64,000 nucleotides of DNA from an uncultured bacterium (GTDB lineage: Bacteria; Verrucomicrobiota; Verrucomicrobiia; Limisphaerales; UBA8199): the NCBI GenBank assembly GCA_963749495.1, contig CAVVMW010000007.1, positions 128,001 to 192,000 of the forward strand, read 5' to 3'. Positions within the stretch are counted from its first letter, which is position 1. Every line of letters starts with the position of its first letter. Shown in pieces: positions 53,005-63,161 of this stretch. The notes beneath the pieces are model-generated. The model was not told the origin of the DNA, ran no database searches, and saw only the letters and a list, made by a program, of their open reading frames with translations. The position numbers and the translations under genes were made by a program.

Positions 53005-53012
53005 ATGTTGAC

Positions 53013-53087
53013 CTCCATTGCCACCGAGGAACTTCAGTGAATCCCGAATACATTCGGGACTGAACGAAATTTCTCAGCGGAATGGAG
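53013..53087 (-). promoter_or_regulatory. Long imperfect hairpin in the pnp leader overlapping the Shine-Dalgarno
   Basis: CTCCATT..GAGGAACTTCAGT pairs with ACTGAAC..TTTCTC..AATGGAG; GGAGGT SD at 53011-53016. Confidence 0.55.
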
Positions 53088-53219
53088 CATTTCTGGCGCG
53101 AACGTTAAAGTGAGCGATTGAGCCGTTCGCGTCAGCCGGCTCAATCAAAGTGAAATTATCCAAGGTGACCCTGTCCCGGCCAAGCCCTCGTCAGGACAGG
53201 CCATGGTCCAATATGAGTG

Positions 53220-53477
53220 TTACTTGCGAAGCTTGAGTTTCCTGGTGACCGTTTGGTACCGACTCAGGTCGGTAATGTGCAGGTAATCCAGCAGACGGCG
53301 CCGTTGGCCAACCATCATCAGCAAACCGCGCCTCGAGCTGTGATCCTTCTTGTTCTTCTGCAAATGCTCGGTCAGATGGTTGATGCGCTGCGTCAGCAGC
53401 GCAATCTGGACATCCGCCGAGCCGGTATCATGCTCGTGCAGCTTGAAGTCGCCGATCGTTTTCGCTTTCGCTTCCAT
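53220..53477 (-). CDS. rpsO: 30S ribosomal protein S15
   Basis: [19 protein letters not shown]...[22 protein letters not shown]. Confidence 0.98.
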   Translation of the reverse strand: MEAKAKTIGDFKLHEHDTGSADVQIALLTQRINHLTEHLQKNKKDHSSRRGLLMMVGQRRRLLDYLHITDLSRYQTVTRKLKLRK

Positions 53478-53534
53478 ACTTTCCAATTATCCAATCTATT
53501 CCTCGTCTAATCCATCGTCTGATTTCTAATATCG

Positions 53535-54428
53535 CTAAACTGTAGTTTTGAGGGGAGGCCCTGTAAAGTACTTTCCTTGGGGGACAAATTCCAACTCCGG
53601 CCCGCGCGGGAGCAGGCCGCGTTCGAAGGCGCGGCCCAGGAACCGGCCAATGGCCTGGCGCCCGCGCTCCCCGTAATCGAGGGTCCAATGGTTGACGTAC
53701 ATCCCCACGAACCGGTCCGCCAGGTCCCGGCCCATGTCGCGGGCGTACTGCAGGGCGTATTGGACGGCCTGGGCGCGGTGCTCCAGGCCGTAGCGGATGC
53801 TGGCCGCCAGGATGTCCGAGACCTGGCTGCGGACGGCGGGGGCCAGGCGTTTGTGGATGACGTTGCCGCCCAGGGGCAGGGGCAGACCGCCGTTCTGGCG
53901 GCCCCACCACACCCCGAGGTCCTCGCAAACCTGCAGACCCTCGTTCTGCCAGGTCAACTGGCCTTCATGGATGATCAGCCCCACCTCCGCCGCCCCGGAA
54001 CGGACCGCTTGGAAAATGCGGTCGAACGGCACGACCACGTAATCGAATTGGGCGGCGGGCTTGTCCAGCCAGAGCTGCAGGGCCAGGAATGCGCTGGTCA
54101 GCGTGCCCGGCACCGCAATGCGTTTGCGGGCGATCTCGCCCCGCGAAAACTTCCGGCCCGCCACGAGCATCGGCCCATAGCCGTCGCCCATGCTGGCGCC
54201 GGTGGGCAGCAGTGCGTAGTGGCCGCTCACGCCGGGATAGGCGGCAAAGCTAATGGCCGTGATGTCCAGTTCGCCCCGTGTGGCCCGCTCGTTGAGGGTC
54301 TGAATGTCCTGCAGACAGTGCTCGAATTCGAAATCCCCCGCCGGCACCAGCCGGCGAGCCAGCCCGTAAAACATGAAGGCATCGTCCGGGTCCGGCGAGT
54401 GGCCCAGGGTCAAATTCTGGCGCGGCAT
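53535..54428 (-). CDS. mqnD: 1,4-dihydroxy-6-naphthoate synthase (futalosine menaquinone pathway)
   Basis: LGHSPDPDDAFMF, DIQTLN, GASMGDGYGP, IIHEGQ, LPLPLGG, MYVN. Confidence 0.9.
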   Translation of the reverse strand: MPRQNLTLGHSPDPDDAFMFYGLARRLVPAGDFEFEHCLQDIQTLNERATRGELDITAISFAAYPGVSGHYALLPTGASMGDGYGPMLVAGRKFSRGEIARKRIAVPGTLTSAFLALQLWLDKPAAQFDYVVVPFDRIFQAVRSGAAEVGLIIHEGQLTWQNEGLQVCEDLGVWWGRQNGGLPLPLGGNVIHKRLAPAVRSQVSDILAASIRYGLEHRAQAVQYALQYARDMGRDLADRFVGMYVNHWTLDYGERGRQAIGRFLGRAFERGLLPRGPELEFVPQGKYFTGPPLKTTV

Positions 54429-54560
54429 GCCCGGCACGGTAGCCATCCCAGGCCCACCGGGCAAGCCGCTTGTGAAGCGCCCGGCGGCAGGGCGGTGTGA
54501 GACAGAATTCTTCTTGGACCTCCAGATCGAAGCTCCCACATCCGATTTGGGTCTTCGATC

Positions 54561-54648
54561 CTTCGTTTCCTTCGTTTCCTTCTGTTCTTTTCCTGCGTCC
54601 CGCCGGCTGGGCACAGGAACAGAACAGAAGGAAACGAAGGAAACGAAG
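54561..54648. repeat. Inverted 9-mer repeats CTTCGTTTCCTTCGTTTCCTTCTGTTC / GAACAGAAGGAAACGAAGGAAACGAAG
   Basis: Exact inverted pair; related runs at 19585-19663. Confidence 0.85.
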
Positions 54649-54696
54649 AGCGGCCTGATGCGGCGGCATCGATCGGGGCCGTGCCGGTTCGTCAAG

Positions 54697-55250
54697 CTAC
54701 TTCTTGAAGATCCCGGCTGCGCAGATGGCCAATCCGGGGAAGTGAATGGAGTGGAACGTTTCGCCCACGGCGTAGGTTGCGGCGGGCTTTTGGGCGTCGG
54801 CCTGCAGATGATAGACATGGACCAGCCGGGTCTCGGGGTCCACCACCCAAAGCTCCTTCACCCCGGTGCGGGCATAGACCCGCAGCTTCGCCTTCTTGTC
54901 GAGATAGGCATTGCTGGGGGAAAGAATCTCGACGACGAAATCGGGTGTGCCTTCAACGCCGGCATCCGTGAGCACGCCAAAGTTCTCCCGCTTGACGAAG
55001 ACGATGTCCGGCTGGAATACATCGTTCTCGCTCAGATAAACGTCGAACGGGGCGTCGTAAAGCTCGCCCAGCGGGTGCTCCTCCAGGTATTTCAGCAGCA
55101 TGAACTCGATATTCCTCGAATGACCTGGTGGTAACGGTTCGGGGCCGGTGACATGTAGAGTTCTCCTTCGACGAGCTGCCACCGCGGTCCGCTGTCGGGC
55201 AGCAGCCGGTAGTCTTCCTTGGTGAGCATCGGCGCGCTTACATCTGCCAT
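54697..55250 (-). CDS. Uma2 family PD-(D/E)xK endonuclease, frameshift near 55117
   Basis: QLVEGELYMSPAP..YHQ in one frame; QPDIVFV, PDFVVEILSPS, K..Y...GVKELWVVDP in the other. Confidence 0.88.
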
Positions 55251-55390
55251 GGCCGGACCTTACACCGGAGCCCAAGGCGGGTCAAGAGCCGCCGCTACAG
55301 CTTCATTGAGGGTCCGGTCGCCCAACCTCGGCACGATTAGCCGTTTGCCGCGCGCGGTACCGCGCCGACAAGCGGGGAGCGTCGGGCGGG

Positions 55391-55621
55391 CTACGGCCCT
55401 TTCGACGAGGAGGCCTCGAGCGGTTCCACCAGTCTGATCTGGGAGGCATTGACAATTCTGAAACGCCCTTGCTCATCGTAAAGAACCACGGTCTGCCCGT
55501 CCGGGCTCACCATCAGGTAGTCGGTATGCGTGACGATGAAAGATTGCTGGTTTCCAAGAACAATCCGAATGGGACGAAAAGGCTCAGCGTGCAGCAGTTC
55601 TCTGATCTCATCCACTATCAT
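55391..55621 (-). CDS. Small hypothetical protein
   Basis: MIVDEIRELLHAEPFRPIRI...; compact beta-rich 76-aa ORF. Confidence 0.65.
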   Translation of the reverse strand: MIVDEIRELLHAEPFRPIRIVLGNQQSFIVTHTDYLMVSPDGQTVVLYDEQGRFRIVNASQIRLVEPLEASSSKGP

Positions 55622-55725
55622 GCATCCCATTTTAGCCGGTGCCCCGAGCCACGGCAACCGGATTCGGCAACAAGGGACTTTCGTTCTGTTCAGGAGGCGA
55701 GGGTCTTGCTATTCAGGGAGGCCGA

Positions 55726-55880
55726 ATGAACTACCGCGATTTTGGGCGGCTGGGCTGGAAGGTCTCGGCCCTGGGGTTTTCGCTCCATGATGAATTCGAG
55801 GCCTTCCCGGAGATCCTCGACGGCTGCGAGGATTGGAGGTTCTGCCAGATCCAGTACAACTACCTGGATGCCGAAGGTCC
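55726..55880 (+). pseudogene. Aldo/keto reductase remnant
   Basis: MNYRDFGRLGWKVSALGF fused directly to SLHD...[12 protein letters not shown], with a GGAGG SD upstream. Confidence 0.7.
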
Positions 55881-56933
55881 ATGCCCTGCTCGGAGGCCCA
55901 GGCACTGCGCCGTAGCCTCCACCACCCTGCGCATGTCCTGGGCACAGACCATCAAGCTGGTCACGGCCCGGATGGTGTCGGGACCAACCGCCAGGACGAG
56001 CACGTTTTGGGACTTGAGCCGCTCGGCCAATTGCTGGGCGGGCATAGAGAGGAGTCGAAACCGGACCATGTTCGTCTCGACGGCGGCGGGGTCGGATTCC
56101 AGCCCCTGGAGTCCGGCCAGGCCACAGGCCAGCGCCTTGGCGTGGGCGTGGTCCTCGGCCAGGCGGGCGCGGTGATGGCGCAAGGCAAAGAGCGCGCCGG
56201 CGGCGATGATGCCGGCCTGGCGCATGCCGCCCCCCAGCATCTTGCGGAAGCGCCGGGCGCGCTCGATGAGACTCCTGGACCCAACCAGCGCCGAGCCCAC
56301 CGGCGCCCCCAGCCCTTTGGAAAAACAGACACTGACGGTGTCGAATGGGGCGGCGTAGTCCCGCTCCGCAACGCCCGTGGCCACCGAGGCGTTCCAGAGC
56401 CGGGCGCCATCCAGGTGCATCCGCAGCCCGTGCTTGCGGGCGGCGGCCCCAACCTCCCGGATCTGCTCCAGGGACCAGACCTTGCCGCCGCCGCGGTTGT
56501 GCGTGTTTTCCACGCAAACCAGCCGCGTGCGCGGGAAATGCGGGTCCACGGGGCGCAAAGCCGCCTCGACCGCCGCGGCGCCGAAGATGCCGCGTTCGCC
56601 GTTAAGGCAGCGGCACATGACCCCGGACAGGGCGGCCGGCCCGCCCCCCTCGTAGTAATAGACGTGAGCGTTGGCTTCGACCAGGATCTCGTCGCCCGGC
56701 TCGGTGTGGGTGCGCACGGCCAGTTGGTTGGCCATGGTCCCGGAGGCGGTGTAGAGCGCCGCCTCCTTGCCGAGCAGCGCGGCGGTCTCGGCCTCCAGCG
56801 CCTGGACCGTCGGGTCGTCTCCGAAAACGTCATCGCCCACTTCCGCCTCTGCCATGGCCTGGCGCATTGCCGGCGTGGGTTTGGTCACTGTGTCGCTGCG
56901 CAAATCAATCACTGGCGAAGTCTGGTGCATCAT
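55860..56933 (-). CDS. ltaE: Low-specificity L-threonine aldolase
   Basis: [53 protein letters not shown]. Confidence 0.95.
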   Translation of the reverse strand: MMHQTSPVIDLRSDTVTKPTPAMRQAMAEAEVGDDVFGDDPTVQALEAETAALLGKEAALYTASGTMANQLAVRTHTEPGDEILVEANAHVYYYEGGGPAALSGVMCRCLNGERGIFGAAAVEAALRPVDPHFPRTRLVCVENTHNRGGGKVWSLEQIREVGAAARKHGLRMHLDGARLWNASVATGVAERDYAAPFDTVSVCFSKGLGAPVGSALVGSRSLIERARRFRKMLGGGMRQAGIIAAGALFALRHHRARLAEDHAHAKALACGLAGLQGLESDPAAVETNMVRFRLLSMPAQQLAERLKSQNVLVLAVGPDTIRAVTSLMVCAQDMRRVVEATAQCLGLRAGHGPSASR

Positions 56934-57689
56934 GCCCGCAGCATCGCCCAATTCAACCCAAACCGGAAGCGGAAACGTGAAACGTTAAACGTGAAGCGCC
57001 GCGGCTCGTCTCGTGGCATCGGCTATCGGCTATCCAGCCTTCACAATATTATCTTGTATTCTCCGTATTGCGCGAAGAATTCCTGTAAGATGCTTCGTTG
57101 CAATATATTACGCTGGCGAACCGCGCCGTCTGGTGCCGGGAAAACGGTCGGTGACGGCCAGGGGAACGCCAATTCCAGCTCCCGGATCGTTCAGCGGCTG
57201 AGGATTTTTCGGCGGGCAGGCAGGGCCAGGAAATGGGGACACCCTGGGCGCGGTCTGTGACTGACCAGCGCCTCCGGCTGCCATGGTCACCAGTCTCCGC
57301 TGGGGGCAGTAGCGAAGCCGCCGGCCAAATCCACCGCACCGGTCCTGCGGGGCGGTTCTGCGAACTCCCGCCCAACACCGCCATGGGTCAACGGGGCACC
57401 GGTTTCGTAAACCTAAAACGACCCCCATCCGACTCCCCCGGAAAACGGGCGTACTCCGGCTTGAACCCTGCAAAATAAGGGGAAAATCGATGCCCGCCTG
57501 CCAGCGAGAGCCCCTAAAAGACGGGTCCATCCGGGGTTCCACAAGGCCATTTTTGGCCTTACGGGGTTCAACAAAGGGATCAACATTTCCAGCCACTGGC
57601 CGTCGCGGTGCCGACATTTCTCCGTCGCGGCTTGGCGGCGGTCTGGAAAATCGTTGCCAGGGGCAAAGTGCGGTTCCTGCTGCGTCCGG

Positions 57690-58343
57690 TTAGCAGGTGA
57701 AGGGGCGGCCAGGTTCACTGCCTCTGACGTCCAGCCATGCCCGGAGAGCGCCCTGGGTGACTTCCGGGACGCTCAAAACCTGTTTCGATGTTTTCCATTT
57801 CCCCCTGACCGCCAGGGTCGGCTGGGCGATGTCAACGTCCTCGACATCCAGTGACACGACCTCCCCGCATCGGAGCGCCAGGTCGTAAAGCAGGCGCAAT
57901 GCGCAGCGGTCCCGGACGGCTTTAGGGGTCCATTTGCCGCGCAGTTCATCCAGCAAGTGCCGGAACCCCTGTTTCCCTCGCCCCCGCGTGTCCCGGAATG
58001 GCATGGATTTGACGTTGCGGACCTCCAAGGGCCAAGGGACCAGCCCCATAATCCGGGCGAGTTGGACCAGTGACCTCAGCGCCGCCAACCGGCGATTGAC
58101 CCTGGCGGATTGCAACCCCCGTTCGACCAGGTTGGTCTTGTAGGCCAGGGCCGTGGCGTTGGCGGGGCCGTGGCCGTTGGAGAGTAGCACCTTGGCTGCT
58201 TCATCCACCGTGGAAGCCCCCATGAAAGCCTGGAAATCGGCCAAGTCCTGGGAGTAGGCTTTGACGGTGCGCTCGTTCCGGCCTGAGAGGAAGGCATGGA
58301 CCAGATCAGTTTCCGTGATGGTGCCGCCCCTGGCAGGGGGCAT
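57690..58343 (-). pseudogene. Tyrosine recombinase (XerC-like), C-terminally truncated
   Basis: SAM-like RTVKAYSQDL, NRRLAALRS, RD.ALRLLYDLALRCGEV, VRGK; no HxxR or catalytic Tyr before the stop. Confidence 0.8.
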
Positions 58344-58469
58344 TCTGCTGACCGGACTCAGAGCGAGTTGCAAATTCACGGTCCATATTACGGGCCGGGA
58401 ATGGGTTTGGAAACCGTTTTTGTAAACAGTCTTAATCAAACCACCGTCGCTGGGCCTTGGCAAACCCTC

Positions 58470-58928
58470 TTAGTAACCTTCCACAAACCCTTTGATCCAT
58501 TGCTCGCGGGCTTCACCCTGCAAATTCCCTGGGCATCTTGACTCTGCGAGCCCGTAGGCTGATTCACTTGTATGCGTTTGCACCGAGTGGGTTCGACGAC
58601 CATAATCTTGCGCGATTTTGTGAAATGCTTCTCCCTCTGCTTTACCAGCTTTGAAGTTTGGCTCATCCGGAATCAACGCCCCGATAATGGCCAAAACAAT
58701 GATGACGATGATGGTGATGCCCAAGCAACCGCCGCACCCTTTACCTGCACCGACGGCTGGTGCGCGTGAGGCTGCCGGAGCACTCTGCGCGGCGCTCCGC
58801 TGCGGTGGCAAAGGGCTCGAAGGCTGCGTCTCCTTTCTGAAACTCGGCAGTGGAAAGCCGCAGTGAGGACACGTCTTCGCTGCGGTGGAGACCTCCTTTG
58901 TGCACTCTGGACAATTAGTAAGCGCCAC
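58470..58928 (-). CDS. Zinc-ribbon domain membrane protein
   Basis: CPEC...CPHCG, Pro-rich linker, GCGGCL plus TM segment. Confidence 0.8.
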   Translation of the reverse strand: MALTNCPECTKEVSTAAKTCPHCGFPLPSFRKETQPSSPLPPQRSAAQSAPAASRAPAVGAGKGCGGCLGITIIVIIVLAIIGALIPDEPNFKAGKAEGEAFHKIAQDYGRRTHSVQTHTSESAYGLAESRCPGNLQGEAREQWIKGFVEGY

Positions 58929-58939
58929 GCTCAATCTCC

Positions 58940-59449
58940 TCAATGACGGTCCATCCGAAGGCTGTCCGCCGCCACGAAGGCGGTTTTCCTCGAGGACGGA
59001 CCTTCCAGTATTTCAACTTGGGCCACAAAGGCATAGTTCTTCTCGCCCGCGACGGCCTCTAATCGGGTAAGGGCCGCCTTGTAAACATCGTAGTAAGCAA
59101 TCACCTTGACCGTCGTGTTCTGAGGAATTTTGAAGAGTTTCCCCTCGGATTCGAACTTTCCATCGATCTCATGAAGTTGCTGTTTACTTGGTCCGGCGAT
59201 CCCGAATTTCTTGTATTGGGCCAAGTAATCCTCAAAAGCGAATTGGTCGCGCAGGACAAGAATGTCGGACCCAGAGGCATCAAAGCAGTAAGCCTTGTCC
59301 CCGACTGCTGGCAGTTGGCGCCCCCTGGCATCGACGATTTCTGGACCACGGGAGCACGCTACCAAAATGAAGGCGCTGATGAAAACGACCGACTTGGCTC
59401 CTACCACAATTGTCACATTCGTTAACGTTGCGTATTTCGGAAATACCAT
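58940..59449 (-). CDS. Putative lipoprotein
   Basis: Hydrophobic stretch ending LVAC; start uncertain. Confidence 0.6.
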   Translation of the reverse strand: MVFPKYATLTNVTIVVGAKSVVFISAFILVACSRGPEIVDARGRQLPAVGDKAYCFDASGSDILVLRDQFAFEDYLAQYKKFGIAGPSKQQLHEIDGKFESEGKLFKIPQNTTVKVIAYYDVYKAALTRLEAVAGEKNYAFVAQVEILEGPSSRKTAFVAADSLRMDRH

Positions 59450-59820
59450 GTGTTTCCTTTCTTCACGAGACTCACAGACCCGTCGAAACTTCTCAGTGTG
59501 CCATTAGAGGCGCGTGGGTCTGAATACCATCGCGAGCGCTGCCCGCCACTCTCCGATATGGTCGTCTCGACACCAGTGGTTACGCACTTCGCCTCATAAT
59601 CATAGACAAAGGTATCCTCGCCTCTGGAATGCTCGACGTATTTGTTCGTGATTTTGTAGCTCTGAAAAAGCGGATTGCTACCACCACCGCCGATGGTCTG
59701 CCTGAGCTGCCAGTCCACCGCCTGGCTGATGACATTGGGTGGAGGACTACCAGAACAACCAGACAGTAGGACCAGCGCCATAAGGGCTGTCACCGCAAGG
59801 GGGATTCTTCGGGTTTTCAT
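59422..59820 (-). CDS. Putative lipoprotein
   Basis: MKTRR...LLSGC lipobox. Confidence 0.7.
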   Translation of the reverse strand: MKTRRIPLAVTALMALVLLSGCSGSPPPNVISQAVDWQLRQTIGGGGSNPLFQSYKITNKYVEHSRGEDTFVYDYEAKCVTTGVETTISESGGQRSRWYSDPRASNGTLRSFDGSVSLVKKGNTWYFRNTQR

Positions 59821-59849
59821 AGGGATGCGCTACGGCCTGAGTGTGGACT

Positions 59850-62699
59850 TCACTTATTCGCTGGGGCAGACTTGAGAATGGAGAGCACATCCGGGTCTTT
59901 GGCGAGATCAATGGCGGTCTTCCCGAAGCGGTTTGTTTTACTCGGGTCGGCGCCTTTTTCGATTAGGAGTTTCACGACTTTTGGGTAGCCACGCTGCGCG
60001 GCGAGCATGAGCGGAGTGCTGCCGACAGCGTCAGTAGCATTGATATCGCCGCCGTCTTCCAAGTAACGAGTTGTGGTCTCAACATTGCCTAAGCGCGCGG
60101 CATTCAAAAGCATTACGTTTTTGACTTTTTGGTCGGCGAGCGATTGGGCCTTGTGGAGGTCTGCGAGGATTTCGCCAACGCGATCAGCAGTCTGGTTAGG
60201 CGACGGTGTGTTGGGGTTGTTTTTCTGGTCATGGCTGGTGCCGCTGTCGGCGGGGGCTTGTGCCTTTGGAGCGCTCTCGATCATTGCGGCGATTTCCGGG
60301 GACTGCTCCCGGAGTCGGGAGTCGTCAGAGACTCCGGTTCCCCACTTATCCTTGATCGTGGGGTTAGCTCCTGCTTGGAGGAGCAGGGCGACCATTTCCT
60401 TATTGGCGTTGCGCGCGGCGATGATGAGCGGCGTCTCCCCATCTTCGTTTTGGAGGTTAATGGGGGCGCCTTTCTCGATGAGGAGCTTCGCCAAGTCTGG
60501 CTTCTTCTGGTGTGAAGCGATGTGCAGCGCCGTGTTTGCGAGCCGATTCGTAAGGGCAACCTTCGCGCCGTGGGCCAGCAGGAAGGCGGCCATCTCCTGC
60601 TTTTCGTCCTGAACTGCGAGCATCAGCGGGGTGTTATTCTGCTGGCCAGGGAGATCAATGTTTGCCTTGCCATCGACCAATGCTTTTACCGCCTCAAGGT
60701 GCCCGTTGATGGCTGCCAGGTGTAGAGCAGTATCTCCGCCAGGTGTTGCAGCATCCACGGCCGCATGAGCGGTTACGAGTTCTTTGACTGCTTCGGCCTT
60801 GCCGTTGGCCGCCGCAAACATGAGCGGGGTTGTCTCCTCCATGCTTGAAACCCGGTTGACGCCGGCGTGAGCTGCTATCAAGGCGCGGATGATTTGGGGA
60901 TAGCCACCCGCGGCCGCGACCATAAGCGGCGTTGTGCCTTCGGCACTTCGAGCATCAACCACTGCACCCCCGGTGATCGCGTCTTGCACTAATTGGCGGT
61001 TGCCTTCCGCGCAAGCGCTGAGCAACCGCTTTTCCAGATCAAAAGTGCGCCGTAGCGTTTCTGCCTGGTCCTCCTCTGGTCTGCCTTGGGTGGCTGCCTG
61101 CCACACCTTGGTGACTTCCCCGTAAATGTCTTCGCTTCTCTGGTAACGGTCTTTGCGGATGACAAAGGTTACTCTGACTGGCAACATGGAGCCGCCGGAG
61201 GATTCGGCTTTCACGAGCGCATCCTTCAACGCTTGTGCATCTGATTTTCGCCAGTAAAGGTTGGCCTCGACGCCGTTTGAATCGAGGAGTCGGAAGGCGT
61301 AGTGTGTCTGCCTGGTGTTGCTTCTGCTATCCGAGTAGCCGTAATTGAAATATGTGGAGAGCGAAATCTGTCCTTCGGCTGTAACTTCTTTATCGAGGTA
61401 TTTTTCCTGATTCAGTTGAATTTCACGAAGATTTACTGTGCAGCCGCCGGTCTTTGCCCTGAGGGTGGCCGCAGTTTTGAGCAGTTCAGCGTCCTTGGCG
61501 TGGTGGTTCGCGAGAGCAAGATCCAGCGGCGTATGCCCGGCGGCATCCTTGAAATTCGGATCGGCACCACTGGCCAGGAGGGTCCGGGTGATGGCAGTGT
61601 TGCCGGATTCAGCGGCGAGCATAAGGGCTGTTTTCCCAGATGCGTCGGTAATGTTGATGTCAAATCCGGGATACAAAAATCGGCGTGCTGTTTCAAAATC
61701 GCCATTCTTTGCGGCGATGAAGAATGGGGCGTAATGTCCCCTAGCCGAGGCGGGAACGACCAGGTCCGCTCGCAGAATCTCGGCGTAGATATCGTCGGTA
61801 CGCTCATAGCGCTCATTGAGAATGACGAAGGTAACCTTGGCCGTGAGTCTCCGAGCCCCGGTGGACTCTGCATTGAGGAGGGCGTCTTTGAGTGGCTGGG
61901 CTTCGGACTTCTTCCAATAGAGGTAGGCTTCCACGCCGTTTGCTTCCAGCCGGAATGCGTAGTGTGTCTGCCTGGTGTTGCTTCTGCTATCCGAATAGCC
62001 GTAATTGAAATATGTGGACAGGGACAGAGCCCCCTCGACTGTGACTTCTTTGCCGATGTATTTCTCTTGGTTTAGCTGGAGTTCACGAAGGTTGATGCCG
62101 GTTTGAGCGCCATTCGATATCTCTGTGTGCTGGGCTGACCCCTGGGGAGAAGTGTCCTGCTCCGTTTCGATGGTGACCTTCAGCCCTTCGATGTAGTAGG
62201 TGTTTTGCGCGTCGGCATACCGCCTGAGGACGCCCGTTGTGGTAACAGGGGTGTGGGAGAAATCTTTCTCAGCGAGGATCGCGGCCTTCTCGGCCTTGGT
62301 CAGGCCGTCATAGAGGATTTCAATGGAGTTGTCGGCCTGCCTGATGCTGAAGCTCTTGCGCTCATTGTGCTTGAACTCGAACGTGCCCTTCATTGTTACC
62401 GTTTTGTCGAGATAGTTCTCTGGACTCAAGAGGATTTGGTTGTAAGAAATCTCGGCGGCGGCGGTTGGCTGTGCCCAACAGCTAAGTTGCAACAGGACAA
62501 TCAGGATTGCTGGTAAGGCTTGGTGGCCTGTTCTTGTTGGGTGGATCAAAATGTGCTTGCGCGCCCGCGCCTTTTTACCGCCATAGGGTTTAATGGGCTC
62601 TGAACGCGGCTTTGCTTGGCTCTCCCGCAGCCACGGCCCAAGGCAGCCAGGCTTACAAAGACCCCCAGAGGAATACGCGAATGCTTGGGCAGTTTTCAT
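59850..62699 (-). CDS. Exported multi-domain ankyrin-repeat protein with three OB-fold-like domains (start uncertain, probably downstream of 62699)
   Basis: Many G.TPL/TAL..AA..G ankyrin motifs; repeated Y.xK.VTxxG domains; signal-like ILIVLLQLSCWAQPTAAA. Confidence 0.85.
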   Translation of the reverse strand: MKTAQAFAYSSGGLCKPGCLGPWLRESQAKPRSEPIKPYGGKKARARKHILIHPTRTGHQALPAILIVLLQLSCWAQPTAAAEISYNQILLSPENYLDKTVTMKGTFEFKHNERKSFSIRQADNSIEILYDGLTKAEKAAILAEKDFSHTPVTTTGVLRRYADAQNTYYIEGLKVTIETEQDTSPQGSAQHTEISNGAQTGINLRELQLNQEKYIGKEVTVEGALSLSTYFNYGYSDSRSNTRQTHYAFRLEANGVEAYLYWKKSEAQPLKDALLNAESTGARRLTAKVTFVILNERYERTDDIYAEILRADLVVPASARGHYAPFFIAAKNGDFETARRFLYPGFDINITDASGKTALMLAAESGNTAITRTLLASGADPNFKDAAGHTPLDLALANHHAKDAELLKTAATLRAKTGGCTVNLREIQLNQEKYLDKEVTAEGQISLSTYFNYGYSDSRSNTRQTHYAFRLLDSNGVEANLYWRKSDAQALKDALVKAESSGGSMLPVRVTFVIRKDRYQRSEDIYGEVTKVWQAATQGRPEEDQAETLRRTFDLEKRLLSACAEGNRQLVQDAITGGAVVDARSAEGTTPLMVAAAGGYPQIIRALIAAHAGVNRVSSMEETTPLMFAAANGKAEAVKELVTAHAAVDAATPGGDTALHLAAINGHLEAVKALVDGKANIDLPGQQNNTPLMLAVQDEKQEMAAFLLAHGAKVALTNRLANTALHIASHQKKPDLAKLLIEKGAPINLQNEDGETPLIIAARNANKEMVALLLQAGANPTIKDKWGTGVSDDSRLREQSPEIAAMIESAPKAQAPADSGTSHDQKNNPNTPSPNQTADRVGEILADLHKAQSLADQKVKNVMLLNAARLGNVETTTRYLEDGGDINATDAVGSTPLMLAAQRGYPKVVKLLIEKGADPSKTNRFGKTAIDLAKDPDVLSILKSAPANK

Positions 62700-62814
62700 A
62701 AAAGTGTGGCGCCGTTCGTCGGGCCTATGGATAAATCCAACGCTCGCTTTCTGTCAACGCAAATAATCCGCAAATATTCCGCATACGGAATGGCACCTTC
62801 TGCATGATGCCGGT

Positions 62815-63048
62815 GTGCCGAGCCGATTTGACAGGCAGTTCGCCGCTTTCCTGCGGAAAAAGCAGGGTGGCACGACTTATGCGCGGTTTGCGAGGAAACT
62901 GGGCATTTCGGCATCTTCCCTCCATCGGCTTCAAAACCTAGAACAAAGCGCCACGCTCCAAAGGGTGGACCAGATGCTGTGCCGGCTGAAATGCCGACTG
63001 CGCGATGTTTTTCCGGATGACGCCGGACCGGGGCGCAGGGAATTGTAA
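62815..63048 (+). CDS. XRE family HTH regulator
   Basis: FLRKKQG..TYARFARKLGISASSLHRLQN...ATL. Confidence 0.8.
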   Translation: MPSRFDRQFAAFLRKKQGGTTYARFARKLGISASSLHRLQNLEQSATLQRVDQMLCRLKCRLRDVFPDDAGPGRREL

Positions 63049-63161
63049 GGGTTTGGAGAAACCGTCCATGGTATAGGGGACAAGGAGCTTGACGAGCCAA
63101 CTCTCCGGGTCGGCAGGTCAGTCGCCGCCCGGGTGTCGGCTGGTTCTCCTGGAGCGAGCCG

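Noticed and set aside
57100..57420. Structured ncRNA or tRNA fragment at the island edge
   Set aside because: No recognisable cloverleaf or known motif by eye; an Rfam/Infernal search would be needed
61297..62018. Diversity-generating retroelement TR/VR pair
   Set aside because: Both copies are coding, the single difference is synonymous, and no reverse transcriptase is in the window
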